Shown here: positions 1 through 12,360 of the stretch, piece after piece
Position numbering within the stretch: position 1 is the first letter of the stretch
How the letters are laid out: every line of letters starts with the position of its first letter
Assembly: GCF_009914755.1 (NCBI RefSeq)
Contig: NC_060938.1
Length of the DNA: 64,000 nucleotides
Source: the human T2T-CHM13v2.0 reference genome, Homo sapiens
Direction: 5' to 3' (one strand)
Notes under the pieces: generated by a model
The model's input: the letters and a program-made list of their open reading frames with translations, nothing else
What the model was told of the DNA's origin: nothing
Databases searched by the model: none
Position numbers and translations under genes: made by a program

Positions 1-1099
1 TATACAGCAAAATTACATATCCCCCTTTTAGGGTTCACCTTGTCAGCCAACATATAGTGATGCCAGGTAGTTTCTGTATCCCTTGGTGGTGGTGGGGGTG
101 GGGAGTCCCTCCCCGCCCACTGCCACCAACCCTATGGTTTTCTCTGGAATCTTAGGCTTTTGTTAAAAGTTTTTATAGTTAAAAATAATTGACAGATGCA
201 ATTCAACCATTTCTGTTGGCTTCCTTCTGCCCATCCCCTCCCTGACTCCTCAGCTCATCTAAGCTGCTTCTGGGTTCTATCACGTAAGAAGGAGGTACCT
301 CTAAGTTTCAGTTGGCCAAAACCACGCAGGTCATTCTACAAGTCATGGTAATGATCACTTTCTTTCCTCTTTTCCCTTTTTTCTAAGTAGCATGCACAAC
401 TTTGTTGTCATTGTTATTGAATATTCTTGGTGATTCCACATCAGAAAGATTAGAAGAGATAATGTCATGAATTGGGTAAATGTGAGGCACCAAGAAAGGG
501 AAAATTTGGTTCCTGTAAAAAAATGTGATTTGGTGGAAATCTTCAGAACCCATTTCGGGAATCCAATTTCTCCAATTTTCCTTATTGCAAGAACCTTGCC
601 TCTTTCTTGCCAGTGTGGCTCTATCTCACTGCATTTTACCCTCCCATTTTCGGTGAGCATCAACTGTGACATCATAAAGCAATTTGGGCCTGGGGCAATT
701 GGTCCCTGAAAAAGGAGCAGAAATTCCTATTTGCATATAGTACCTGAAGCACTGGGGACTGCCCTGCCACTCCAACCACTGTTATTGTTATTGCTGTTTC
801 TTGCCAATACTCTTGGAGATCTTGTGAAAGAGAACATAAGAAATTACATTTCAGATGGGGTCATGCCTTTATTCTCTTCTCCTTTAGAAAGGTTTCTCAA
901 GTGTGGTGTAGGGTTTTTCAAGAGAAATTCACAGGGGCCTTGCTCTGGACCACGACCCTGTGTAGTGGGATGGCATTTGGTACAGTGCAGGTCTGTCTTG
1001 GGCTCTGTCCACTGGGGTTAGAGACTGCATGTACCCGAAGGTCTTCATTACAATGCTTACTTGCCACTGGCACAGATGGAATGACATTATACGATATGG

Positions 1100-1962
1100 C
1101 CTTAAGTTAATGGAGAGCGATTTTTTTTAAAAAAACAAACGTAATAGAAGTTGTACCTCTAAATGAGGGTTGTGCCCTTCAAAAGTGATAGCATGGAAAG
1201 CAATGCATTTAATCCATTGGCGCTTTCCTGAGCCAAGCATTGTTATAACTTCTGATTTCAAGTTGCCTTCAGGGTCTGTGGCACATTGAAAATATATTTA
1301 TAAAATATTTATTGTGTTTTTTTCCTGATGACAAAAGTTATACAGGTTTGTTGCAAAAAGTTTGGAAAGTATAGGAAAACACAATTAAAAAATAAATTAT
1401 CCATAATTTTGGTTTCCTGAGAAGACCTCCATCAAAATGCATGTATACCTTTCTGGTAATTTTTTGTGAATCTGCAAATATGGATGTAAATACACATGTG
1501 GTTACATATGTATGTTTATTCGTTGAATTGGGGGCAATAATCTTTATATCGGCTTCTTATTTGTTATTTAGGCTGCTTACCAACATGTTGTGGCACATTG
1601 CTTTGAACATTCTCAGTGGTCCAGATATTTTTCTTTAAGGGGGTGGATTTTATATTTGGAAATAGTCGGAGTCATTTAGAGCCAAGCCAAGGTATCTCTG
1701 TTATCAAACTAGCTAATATGTTTTGGGAAAACAAACAGACTCAAGTGACTGTAGAATAACAAATCTAGTTCTGTTGGGTGGATCAATCTGACTTAATGCT
1801 ATATCCAAAAGCAGAGTTCCATGAATGTTTTAAGCCATGGTATATCATTGGCTTAAGTGTATGATTTCAAAGGTGAATAATTTGAAGAAGGCACTCTTTT
1901 AGATATAAAGCTTCTGTATTTAAAGGAACATGTATTCAGTCACTGGAAGCAAGTCAGGATAT
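1100..1962. mobile_element. MARNA-like Tc1/mariner DNA transposon remnant, split by an L1M insertion at 1289-1588
   Basis: Matches remembered MARNA consensus on both sides: gttgccttcagggtctgtggcacatt on the left; ggtggattttatatttggaaa...gtcatttagagccaag and ccaaaagcagagttccatgaatgtttt...aaggtgaataatttgaag on the right. Boundaries approximate. Confidence 0.7.
1289..1588 (-). mobile_element. Old L1 (L1MC/L1ME-type) 3' end fragment with 12-bp TSD
   Basis: AT-rich L1M 3'-end pattern (ttttcctgatgacaaaagttatacagg...ggaaagtatagg...ccataatttt). It is flanked by the identical 12-mer tgtggcacattg at 1277-1288 and 1589-1600. Confidence 0.65.
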
Positions 1963-2775
1963 TTTCTCCCAAAGTCTTGAGCTTCTGTGTTTTAAATGGT
2001 ATGGTGGCCAGGTATTAATAGGATCTTTACTTTTTTGAAAGCCAATTTTGGCAGGATCCTGAAACTTTCTTAGCCTGGCATGGATGTTAGTCTGATAGTT
2101 AAGACTGCTCCTTACCTCATGATTGTTAGCTGGGGTTAGTGCTCCTCTACTTTGTATAAAGCTCTGGTATTCCTTGTCCTGAGGCAGTCAAACAGATGAG
2201 CTCAAGGGGGCTGCAGTTTTCAACTAGGACCCGTTAAGTACTTTACAATTTACCCATTCTGAAATAATGAAGTTTCCAATAAGTTGATTAATATGCATTA
2301 ATAATTAAATGCAATTAGGGTTACTTTATAATAGAAGGCAGAATGTATCAGAATCAGGACTCTAAACTTTCTTGTCACCATCCACCAGCCAGGGTCTGTT
2401 GCGCTGATGATGGTCTCCTTGCTGGCCTTCTGGACAGTTACTGAGATCCTAGCAGGCCAGACGGGGCTTATTAATGCAAATGTATTGGTAGCCTCTTCCG
2501 TATCATGAGTGGTGATTTAACACCAGAAATTAATATCTTGTCCCCAACCTTGCCAATCCCTATTTTGTCTCAAACAGACGTAGATGTAGATGTTTGGGGA
2601 AAATGGGAGTCAGGCGTTGGCTTGGCTCTGGAGTCCTTCTAGTCCAGGAAGATAAATTACCCTTTTCTAATTTACCAATTAGATTTTCTGTAGATTCTCT
2701 CAGCCAGTTCTCCAATTCTAAGACTCATCTTGTTTCTCTTCATGAGGCTCATACTTTGTGGGGATCCAGATTCAA

Positions 2776-2985
2776 GTAACATTTTATTAAAGCCCTAGTA
2801 TGTAGCAGAGAAGGTGAAAGCCTGTTTTACAAGTATCCTCATTTTATTCCAATTTACAGCTGACTGATGGAATTGAGGTTCAGAGGGGGTTAGTAACTGG
2901 CCCAAGGTCATATTATCGTGTAATGGAGGAGGCAGGGTTTAAATCTAAGTCTGGAGACTTCAAGGCCAGTGTGTATTCCACACTG
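2776..2985 (-). mobile_element. MIR SINE
   Basis: Reverse MIR core: gaggttcagagggggttagtaactggcccaaggtca...gggtttaaatctaagtctg. Confidence 0.75.
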
Positions 2986-3059
2986 CTTTACTTTACATCA
3001 TGCATTGCCCGTTGCTCACTCATCCATTCAATATATGTATGCATGTATTTGCTTACTTA

Positions 3060-3710
3060 TTATCATCTCCTCCCATTCAAATGGAAGCACCTCAAAGGCA
3101 GGAACTTTGTCTGGTCATACTGTATTTCCGGCACCTAGAGCTATGCCTCGGATGTGGTAGGTGCTCAATAATTGTTTTGTATTTCGTGGTGGAGGTAGAC
3201 CACCTGTGTTAAAATCCTGGCTTAGCCACTCTCTAGCTGTGTGACCCTGGGCAAGTGACTCAACCACTGTGTGTCTGTTTTCTCACTTCATTGGTTGTTG
3301 TGAAGATTAAGATGTTTAGAATAGAACTTCGTTCATATAAAGTGCTTATTAAGTGTTAACCACTATTATTATCTGTCGAATGAATAAAATCGTTGAGTGA
3401 CTACTGTATGCTAGACTTGGGATAGAACAGTCAACAAAACCTTTACTGTCCCAGTCCTCATGGAACTTACAGCTTAGGGAAGGGTAGGGTCAAACAGTGG
3501 GATAAGCACTGTGAGAGGTGAAGTACAGGATGCTGGGAGAGCAGAAGCGAGAAGGTCAGGGATGGCTTCCTGGAGCAGCCTATATCTATGCTGAAACCTG
3601 AGAGATGAGTAAGCACTATCCAGGTAGAGGAGTGATTGGGAGGAAAAAGAGCCCAGATGGAATGAAAAGCATGTGCAAAGGCCCTAAAGGTGAGAGCAGT
3701 ATGGCATGGC
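3060..3710. mobile_element. Cluster of L2 3' end (+, ~3060-3180), MIR (+, ~3190-3372) and L2 (-, ~3375-3710)
   Basis: L2 end: ggcaggaactttgtc...taggtgctcaataa. MIR: ctagctgtgtgaccctgggcaagtgactcaacc. Reverse L2: ttgagtgactactgtatgctag...cctcatggaacttacag. Confidence 0.7.
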
Positions 3711-3714
3711 TATC

Positions 3715-4263
3715 AATGAGCATGCTTTGAGTTGTAGGTAACATAAGACTCAAAGAAAAATGGCTTTAATAATAAGGTAAATATTATGCCATTTCCAAGA
3801 ACAAGAAGTCTATATAGGCAAACCAGAGTTAGTGAAATCTGTGGCTCCAACATGCTTCCAAATTCTTTCTCTCATTCTACTCTGCCATCCTTTGAGTTTA
3901 GGCTTATCCTGTTAGGCTGACTTCTCCTCACGGTCCCAAGGTGGTTTAAAGATGGCATCACATGAAGATATGCTACATGGCTATTTTGAAGAGGAAGGAA
4001 AAAGTTTCCCAGAAGCCCAGGTTTCTCTTTCAAGTCTCATTGGTCAGAAAGGCATCACCTGCCCCTTTCTAAACCAATCACTAGGAAGAGGAATGGAATG
4101 ACCACATTGGCTTGGACTGATCAAAATTCATTCTCTGGGGCTGGGGTTAGCCTTTCATAAAGCTGTGGTTGCTTGATATTGGAACAAAATTGAGCTTATT
4201 TAGGAGACATGATGGGAGGTAGGGTGGCAGTGCTACTGGGCAGACAAGTACCAGGAACCCCAC
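3715..4263 (-). mobile_element. MaLR LTR (MLT1J/K/L-like)
   Basis: Typical reverse MLT1 motifs: gtctcattggtcagaa...cacctgcccctttctaaaccaatcactagg...attggcttggact...gaacaaaattg. Confidence 0.7.
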
Positions 4264-6769
4264 AGTTCCCTTTGAGCTCTGAGCTACAGAGCTCATATAT
4301 CAGAAGGGGAGCCCCTTATAGCCAAAGAGATGCTGACCAGAATGTCTTGTCCCCCCGGGAGGGCATAAGAACTCTGTGGCAACACCCAGATGGTTATAAT
4401 CCAGAGGAAAAAAACAGTCTTAGGTTCTGGCTTTTGGACTATGGCAGGTCTCAGTTTTTATTTGATAGAACACTTCCTTGCATTTCAGTGGACTTGTATA
4501 TATGTTTGAAACATTTCCATTATCCAACCAGTTTCTCCTATTAATTTGATGACAGGAGTGGTGGAAGGTAACAATATGTGTGTATGGGAGTTAGATTGTG
4601 GTAGCGTGGGTAGGGGGAAGAGAAATGTCATGGAGTCATGGGAACTTCAGTTTTCATGTAGGACAGCTGTCACCTTGATGTTGGAAATCTCCTCCACTCA
4701 GATGCTACTTGAACACTGCATGGATGGGGACACATGTTTCCCACAGCAGCCTTTCTGTTGGAAGTTTAATTTTCTGTCCCTTTATCCTCTCTCCAAGCTT
4801 CCAGTAAGAAAAGCTCCTTGACATCCCATGTCCCCCATCCTTCCTCTAGATCCCTGTAGTCTTACCTTCACCAAACATTCCACTCACTTCCTAACTCCCT
4901 GGATCAATTGCCCAAACCTGAAAACCCAGGCTTGCTCCGTTCAGTTACAAATGCTGGCTGAGTCCACTGTGGAAGCTCTGCTACAGCCTTATCATCTGCT
5001 TATTTTATCTTAATGTACTTGGTCCATCTGCCTGGACTCCACACCTTCCTGTATTTCAGGCTCCGAGTCCCACACATCTCTCCAAATCTGCATTCCTGAC
5101 CCTCAGCTTGTTTTGACTAGACAACTATAACTACAGCTCCAAGACTGGTTCTCCACTCTGCTCTGCTGCCTCCCCCATCCCAGCATAACACAGGTTACAG
5201 TGGCGAGGAGAGTTCATGCATCCCTGAAAGGATGGAGAGGGTATATCTGTGTTTCACTCAGTCACTTCTTTATCAACCATGGTCCTGAATTTGTGTTTCT
5301 TGTCTTCCCTCTTCTCATGTCTCACTGAAGATTTCATGCTGAGCCATGCATGGCCCTTGGAGGCAGAGATATTGTGGCTGGCCCACACTCTGGCTTTCTG
5401 ATGCTGTAGTTGGGCTTCACTGCCTCCTCCACATTTCTGCCTGGTCCCCTTAATGGCCAGTGATGTGCATTTCAGAGGCAGTGGGCTGGGGCGACAAGTA
5501 CAGTCTGGCCCACTAAACAGAGCCAAGCTCCACAGCCCACATAGGCGCTGTGACCTGGGCTTGCTGCCTCAACTCTCCAATCCTCAGAGATGAAGTTCAT
5601 CCTTTCCTTGGATACATCCGGCACGCAGCATGTTGGTGTGGCATGGCCATGACACCCACGAAGCTGGAGACGAAAATGCCCTCCTCTCACAGACTGGCTT
5701 CCTGCCTTGTTTACAGAATATTTTAATCTCACTTTCAATTTTACTTCTTTCCTTTATCCTCCATTTCTGAAATTTAAATATTTGATGTCAGTTCAGTTAT
5801 TTTTATGACAATCCTCTTTCCCTTCCAGAAACAGAAAGCAAAAGAGATGCAAAACCCACTGGGGCATCTGTCTCCCACTTTTAATTAGTCCTTTTTCCTC
5901 TTGCATGACACTAGCAGTAGTGACTGCAGCGTGCTCTATTCTAACCCCGCTGCCAGACCCTCATCATTTTTCTCCTCCCTGGACCCCCAGGGGTCTCCAG
6001 TGTTCCCAGTCACCCCCATATGGTCTTGCTGAGCTACAACAGGACAAGGCTTCAAGGAAGATCCTGAGCTCTTCTCTTAACCTGGAACAAAAGGCAGATC
6101 TTGCAGCATGAATTTTACTTCATGTCTTTTCATTGATTGTAGACAGCCCCATCTGATTAATAGTTTTCCTTAAATGAGAGCTACCTCTAAATATTCCTCT
6201 TCAAGACCTGGGTCCTAAGGAAAGGAGTCTGGATTAGAGGCCAGTATCTGTGTGTCCTAGTCCTGGTTTTACCTCCTGACTTAGATAAGCCATCTGTGTC
6301 CCACCTATTATACGGGTAGAAGACTCTCTTACTCCCTACCCTCCATGGAGATTAGAGAACATAAGGAAGGGGCTCAGTGCTCTGTGGTTGAAGGGAAGGT
6401 TATGAATTTCAGCAGGATTATTTTGTTTAGTGCTTCCCTTTCGGAGCCCACATCCTCTTCCTCCAAGCCTTTGTGAGCAGAGGGTCACTGGGTTTTCTTT
6501 TTCACTAGTCTAGTTCTACTGTCCTGCTTGTATCTCCTGGGCCTGTGTGAAAAGAGCCTGGAGTGTCCCATTTTGTCAATTCCCTTCCAAGCCCTGGCAG
6601 CTCTGAGCAGTAGGGGATACCTCCCTTCCCACCCTCAGTCCCCTGCTCTGCTGAGCTAGAAGAAGGTGTTGCATCTGAGCCCTGTGGTGGGCTGAGAGCT
6701 GAGGCCCCTTCCTCCTGAACCACACCCTGGAGAAAAGGACACGTCTCTTATGTTGGGATGACACATCTT

Positions 6770-6990
6770 AGTTTTCACAACATTTTATATTACCTGCCTT
6801 ATCTTGTTTCATCCCCTGCCTCCCACCCATAAATCTTGTGAAACAGGGAGACTAGGACTATAGAAAACATAATTGGGGATGTGAGAGGTTAAATGATATG
6901 CTCAGGTTAATGCCTCTAGTTAACAGTTGGACCTGGACAAGAATCCAGGGCCCCTGACTCCTAGTCCAGGCCTCTTTCCACTGCATCCCA
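6770..6990 (-). mobile_element. MIR SINE
   Basis: gagaggttaaatgatatgctcaggt...gaatccagggcccctgactcctagtccaggcctctttccactgca. Confidence 0.65.
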
Positions 6991-7399
6991 TAGGCTAAAG
7001 GGCCTGGAATCACAGCACGATGATCCCTTTGTGTCTGCACATTTTGCCTTGGACACCGCCTGGCCTTCCTACACCTCTTCTCCTAATGGTCACTCAAGTT
7101 CTGTGTCCTATATCCTATCAAGCCCTGACCTGTAGGCAAGGCAGATAGGCCAGGGAGCTTGATCCCCAGGTGTTTATGTGGGGAAAAAGGTATGAGTTGT
7201 GGGGTGTGTGGGTGGGAGGAGGCTGAGGAACACATGCTCCGTATTAATCTTTATTTCAATGAAGTTGTTTGAGTTCATGCTTTATTGCAGTGCTTTAAAA
7301 TAATGTGTTTCTAACAGTGCCCCCGGGGGTAGCACTTGCACTTTTGAGATCCTATTGCCAGAGTGGCTCACGAGACCAACCACAATAATAGAAAATGAG

Positions 7400-7413
7400 G
7401 CACCCCCTGGTGC
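7400..7413 (-). promoter_or_regulatory. Candidate CTCF site
   Basis: Minus strand GCACCAGGGGGTGC matches CCACCAGGGGGCGC at 12/14 positions. It lies in repeat-free sequence. Motif only. Confidence 0.35.
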
Positions 7414-8379
7414 ACCATCTGAATTTATAATAGCAATTTCTATGATGCCCCGAGGCCAGCTCTGTTTGTATTTGAGAACATGCGAGAGCTTGGCAGTGAG
7501 GGGGTGGCTCCTCCCTTCCTGCCCGGCGTTGATCTTGGCTCCTCTTTTACCTGGTGAAAACTCCTTCCTTGGCTTCATGCATTTGGGTCTCATTTTTAGT
7601 CTCCAAGGAAAGGACTCATCCTCTGCCACTTTGGTGTTGGTGTGGGCAGGGAGGCTGATGAAGGGGGAGTGGTCTCCTGCCGTCTGTCAGCCACTTCCCT
7701 CCTTCTTCCTGCCTCTCAGCACCCTGCGTGCAAAGCAGAAAGTTGCTCTGGGGCCTCTTGAGCCTTCATATCATAGCGGTGAAATATGAAATGACAGCAT
7801 CATGAAATGGACTTGGTCTCATTAAGATTCCAAACGGCAGTCTGTTCCTCTCCCCCCACCCCCACAATTCAGTCAGAGACCTACACCACGGTGCAGAAGG
7901 TAGAAATGGGTCAGTGCTGCCGGGGATGGGGGTGGGGGGTCTGGCAGGAGAAGCAAGGATAAAGGGCCAGCATGGTCAGGCTGGGACAGCAGGCCCAAGG
8001 ACATACCAGGGGACCGAGAGAGCTGAATCACCCGCCAGAACTTCTGGAGACAAGAACACAGGGTTTGGCTGGTGCCTCTGAAAGCTCACCCACACAGAAA
8101 GCTTTCCTGGACCCAAAAGAGGGATAGAGGTGGGGTGGTTACACAAAGACAAGAAATCCCCATTTCCTTGCAAACTGCTTAGTGATTTCTGGGCAAACTG
8201 CCCAGAAATATTTGATGTGAAAAATGAACAACAGCACCCCCTTCCCTTCATCCAATAAAAATAAATCCTTCTTTACAGAAAGTGTGAGCAGCATTTGCAC
8301 ACAGGTTATGCATTCTCCATGAGGCTGTGTGTGTGTGTGTCATTTTGCCTCATGGCAGAAGCCCATGAGAAAGCCAGTG

Positions 8380-8510
8380 CCATTCATTCATTCAATCATA
8401 CATTCATCAGATGCATTCAACTCCTATGTGCCAAGCACTGTGAGAGGCGGCGACACTGTGTGTCTTCGAAGAGGAAGACAAAATAGTTCCTGCCCTCAAA
8501 GACCACATGA
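8380..8510 (-). mobile_element. L2 3' end
   Basis: cattcattcattcaatca...ctcctatgtgccaagcactgtg...gttcctgccctcaaaga. Confidence 0.7.
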
Positions 8511-8927
8511 TCCTTTGTGTGTGTGCCTCGTGACCAAAACCCCATCTTGATTTCTTCGTCAGTGCAGACAGAGCTTCTTAGGTGGGTTTAGTTGTAAACT
8601 GCTTTCATGCCTGGAGGAGCCTCAGTTACTGGATATTTACCCAGAGGCAAAGTCTGACCCAATGTCTCACCACTCTGCACATTAGAATCACCTGGGCTGC
8701 TTGACCAACCACCCCCGCTTGGCTAGGTTGACACCCAATTTGTACTTGCAGGTATGGTGTACCTGCCAGCATGCCCCAGAGTGGTTGGGGCTCATGCCTT
8801 ACTGGTCAGTAGATATTTTAACCATTATTCTTGGTCCTACACCAGACTAAAATATATATATATATAAAATAAAGATTCCTGGTAATGGAGGCCTAGGCAT
8901 AGATAAGTCTTTTTAAAAAGCTTTCCT

Positions 8928-9249
<322 letters not shown>

Positions 9250-10481
9250 CTACTCTGATGCTCACCCCCCACCCCGCCAATGGAGGGTCCCTGGCAGTAA
9301 CATAATGTTATTTCCTAAGCAGATTGCTCAGTGTGGAGCTGCTGCTTAGCACAAGGTGAATGAAGGAAAATCAGAAACTCTCAGCTTTTGAATCTTAGTG
9401 GTTTGAGAAGCGGAAGAGTTCTGATCCAGCACCCTCTTCTTATATGTGATGCAACTTGGGTCCAGATGTCTGGAGGTAGATATTTGACACTTTCCCCAGG
9501 ACACGTGAGATTTATTTCTGTAGCTGGAAAATATGAGACAAGGAAGCTGAAAGGTTGGGCTTTTTAGCAAGGGCCTTAAGACAGGGGCATTGTCAGCCCA
9601 AGAGAATCTTAAACCTTTATAGTTGGGCTAAGGGTGTAAATTATTATATGTTAAAAAAAAAACAACCTCTCTCAACAAAATGATTCTGCTGATGTGGGCT
9701 GCCTGTGTTGGAGCTGACAAAAAGCTGTTTTCCATGGCATGGTGGCTCTGGGAGGCACTCAAGGGGAAATCTCTGTGACTGCAGGGTTCTTGGCCTCTGT
9801 CAGGTACCCCCAGGCTCTCCAGCTGGCCTAGCTGGCTCTGTGTTGCCAATCTCTCATGAATTCCAGACATCTGACCTCACAACCCACTGACCTCAGGTAG
9901 ACCTGTGTGTGCCTACCTGGGCCTCTGCCTACCTGGTTTCTCTTCTCTATTTTCTTGTTAGAGGATCCCACTCACCTCGATATGTCTGCTCCTGGAACCT
10001 GTCCCTTGGAATCAAGGATTCTGAAGATCCAGGCCTCTTAGGCTTATCTCCACTCCCCCAGTGGCCCTCTGCTGCCCCCACTTGCCGCAAGTTCACACTA
10101 ACCACAGAAGTCCTGCAGGCCTGCACCACAGGGCTCAAAACACACTGTTTTTGCTCTGTGCCTGGTATTGTATTGCCTTAGGTCATCTGATTTATAGTCA
10201 TTGCAGTCCTCAGTTAAGTATGATTTCCATTCTACAGATGAGAAAACTGAGTCTCAAGATAGGTAGGGCCCAGAGCTTGAAGAGGCAGTGCTAAGTTTAA
10301 ACTCAGTATAATGCTACATGTGGGCTGCCTCTCTTAACTCTTTTGGTTCCAGAGGAAACAGCAGTTACTGTGAATAAAATGAGAAATGATCTTGGAATAA
10401 TGCAAATTAACCACTAAGTCCTTAGAAAGTGATTGCAGTGAGACTTGATCATTCAGGATGCAGGACTGTTACATCTGTTAA

Positions 10482-10605
10482 CCTATTTATGCCTGGGGTT
10501 GCAATTTTTTGAATTTTTGCAATCAGACCTTGGCAATGACCTTGAGCAGTAGGATATAAATAACTCCCACATGCTTAGTGTTCCAGTAATGGAACACTAG
10601 GCATA
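10482..10605 (-). mobile_element. MER85 piggyBac-family MITE
   Basis: TTAA sites at 10478-10481 and 10606-10609, and TIR cctatttatgcct. The body gcaatcagaccttggcaatgaccttgagcagtaggatataaataactcccacatgcttag and the palindrome gttcca-gtaa-tggaac match MER85. The TIR at the palindrome end lacks about 6 terminal nt. Confidence 0.9.
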
Positions 10606-11452
10606 TTAAGCACAGTGCTACCTTCCCCCACTCTTCCTTCTCATCTCAAGTGCCCTGCATGCCTCTCATCTTGCCATAGTGTAGGTGGCAGGAAAAGCAA
10701 GAATCTTGCGCTATCTCAGAACACAGAGCCCACTTAGAGTTCAAGAGTCAGGAAGTAGATAAACGAAAAGCAAAGGACGCAGACTCCAGTGAGCTAAGCA
10801 AGATAAGAAGGTGATAATCCACCAAAATTCAGCCGAGAAATCTGAAAAGAACTGGACAAGATGAGGTGGGGAGAAGGATGCATGAAAAAACCAGTGATGT
10901 GAGGTGCATGGGATGGGGACACTGGGAATCTGGGAAAGAGATCCCAGCACCAGCCTCTCTCGTAGGATCCCAGTGATGAGGCAGCCTCTCTCTGAGACTC
11001 AGCAGCCTTCACTTTCTCCTCCCATTGGTCAGACTCCATCCTGAGAGTGCTGGATGTAGAGGATGCAGGTGCTGGGAAATGACAACTGCTCCTAGATAGA
11101 GAGGTTATGAGGGAGGCGATGCAGGCATTTCTCTGACATCAAGTTTATCAGTGTTCTTTCTGTGAGGAGTTGTGAAGTGCGCCATTCCTAATGGGAGGGT
11201 GCACTGACCTCTGTATAATAGCGCTCAGAGTGATGTTCTGAGTGTAAGGAATTGAATATATACATGTTGTGTCTGGTCATGTTTACGTCTACACTCACAC
11301 ATATAGTTACTCTGGAATGATACATTGTCATGTGGCACAGAGGTACTTTGAAGGATTCAGCACCTGAAGCTCAGTGAGGTGGTAGATAGCTAGAAGGTAA
11401 GAGTAGGAATTTTGAAGGAATAGCTAGGACTTGTAAAATCAGGGAGACACCG

Positions 11453-11592
11453 TAACTCTTGAAAGGCTAGAAGTCAAGTTCAGACAAGTTTGCTAAGGGT
11501 AGGAGATTTCAGACAAGTTTGCTAAGAGTAGGAGATATAACTCTTGAAAAGCTAGAAGTCAAGTTCAGACAAGTTTGCTAAGGGTAGGAGAT
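11453..11592. repeat. Complex tandem duplication A-B, B, A-B (A = 26 bp, B = 29 bp)
   Basis: 55-bp units at 11453-11507 and 11538-11592 differ by 1 mismatch. An extra B copy at 11508-11536 also has 1 mismatch. Confidence 0.95.
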
Positions 11593-11879
11593 ACCAAGTG
11601 AGCACCTCCAGGCCAAAGTAGGGTCCAGAACCTGAGAATTAGCTGGACACATGTCACCAATGGCACAAGTGAGAGCCACCAAGGTGTGCTCTAGTTTTAT
11701 GGCAAAGCTTTGTCTTAGCCAGTGACACCAGACACTTCAGGTCAACTCCTTTTCCTTTCTTTCCTAATTGTTAAGCTAGTGGAGAAAACCAGCACAAGAA
11801 AAGCCTTGGCCATTTGCAGAATACAAGATTTCAGGTGAAAGGTGACAGAGGAAAATATTATGCTTTATATTGTTAAGTT

Positions 11880-12360
11880 TTATTCAATTATTTATTGACT
11901 TAAAATGTATTGTGATGTGTCTGTGATAAGCCAGAAACTGTCTGCATGAGGATGGGATACATACAAAGATTAAAAAGAAAAATCCCTGCTCTCAAGGAGT
12001 TTAAAATCTAGAGAGGAAGAGACAGAGACATGCAAACAAATAACTCTAATAGGAGTTAAAAATAGCTTGCTGTGAGAACAAAGAGACGAGTAATTATGGA
12101 GGGAGAGTTAGAGACAACACCGTGAGGAAGTGAACTTTGATTTAGGCCTCGAAACACATTTTTTAATAGAAATATACTTTTTAATAGAAATATATTTTTA
12201 ATTGGGTAAGGAGATGGAGAGGAGGAAGTAGGAGGGAATTTGGGGATGAGGGAACAGCATGAATAAAACATGGAGGTGTGAAAGTATGTAGCAGGTTCAA
12301 GAAAAGGCAGTTAATGCAGTGGACTTGCATTTAGGAGGTAGCTTGGGAAATGAGACGAAA
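11880..12360 (-). mobile_element. L2 fragment
   Basis: tattcaattatttattgac...aatccctgctctcaaggagtttaaaatctagagaggaagagacagaca-type reverse L2 3' region. Confidence 0.7.

Noticed and set aside
5277-5289. RE1 left half-site (minus TTCAGGACCATGG); similar partial matches near 11356, 45131 and 59944
   Set aside because: The GGACAG right half is absent or poor, so these are too weak to call.
7921-7944. G-rich runs as G-quadruplexes (also near 85-105, 32441 and 47380)
   Set aside because: They have only two or three G3+ runs and do not meet the canonical pattern.
11453-11592. 29-bp repeats as a CRISPR-like array (same question for 30549-30620)
   Set aside because: There are no unique spacers and no cas genes, and the context is mammalian. 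These are simple tandem duplications.
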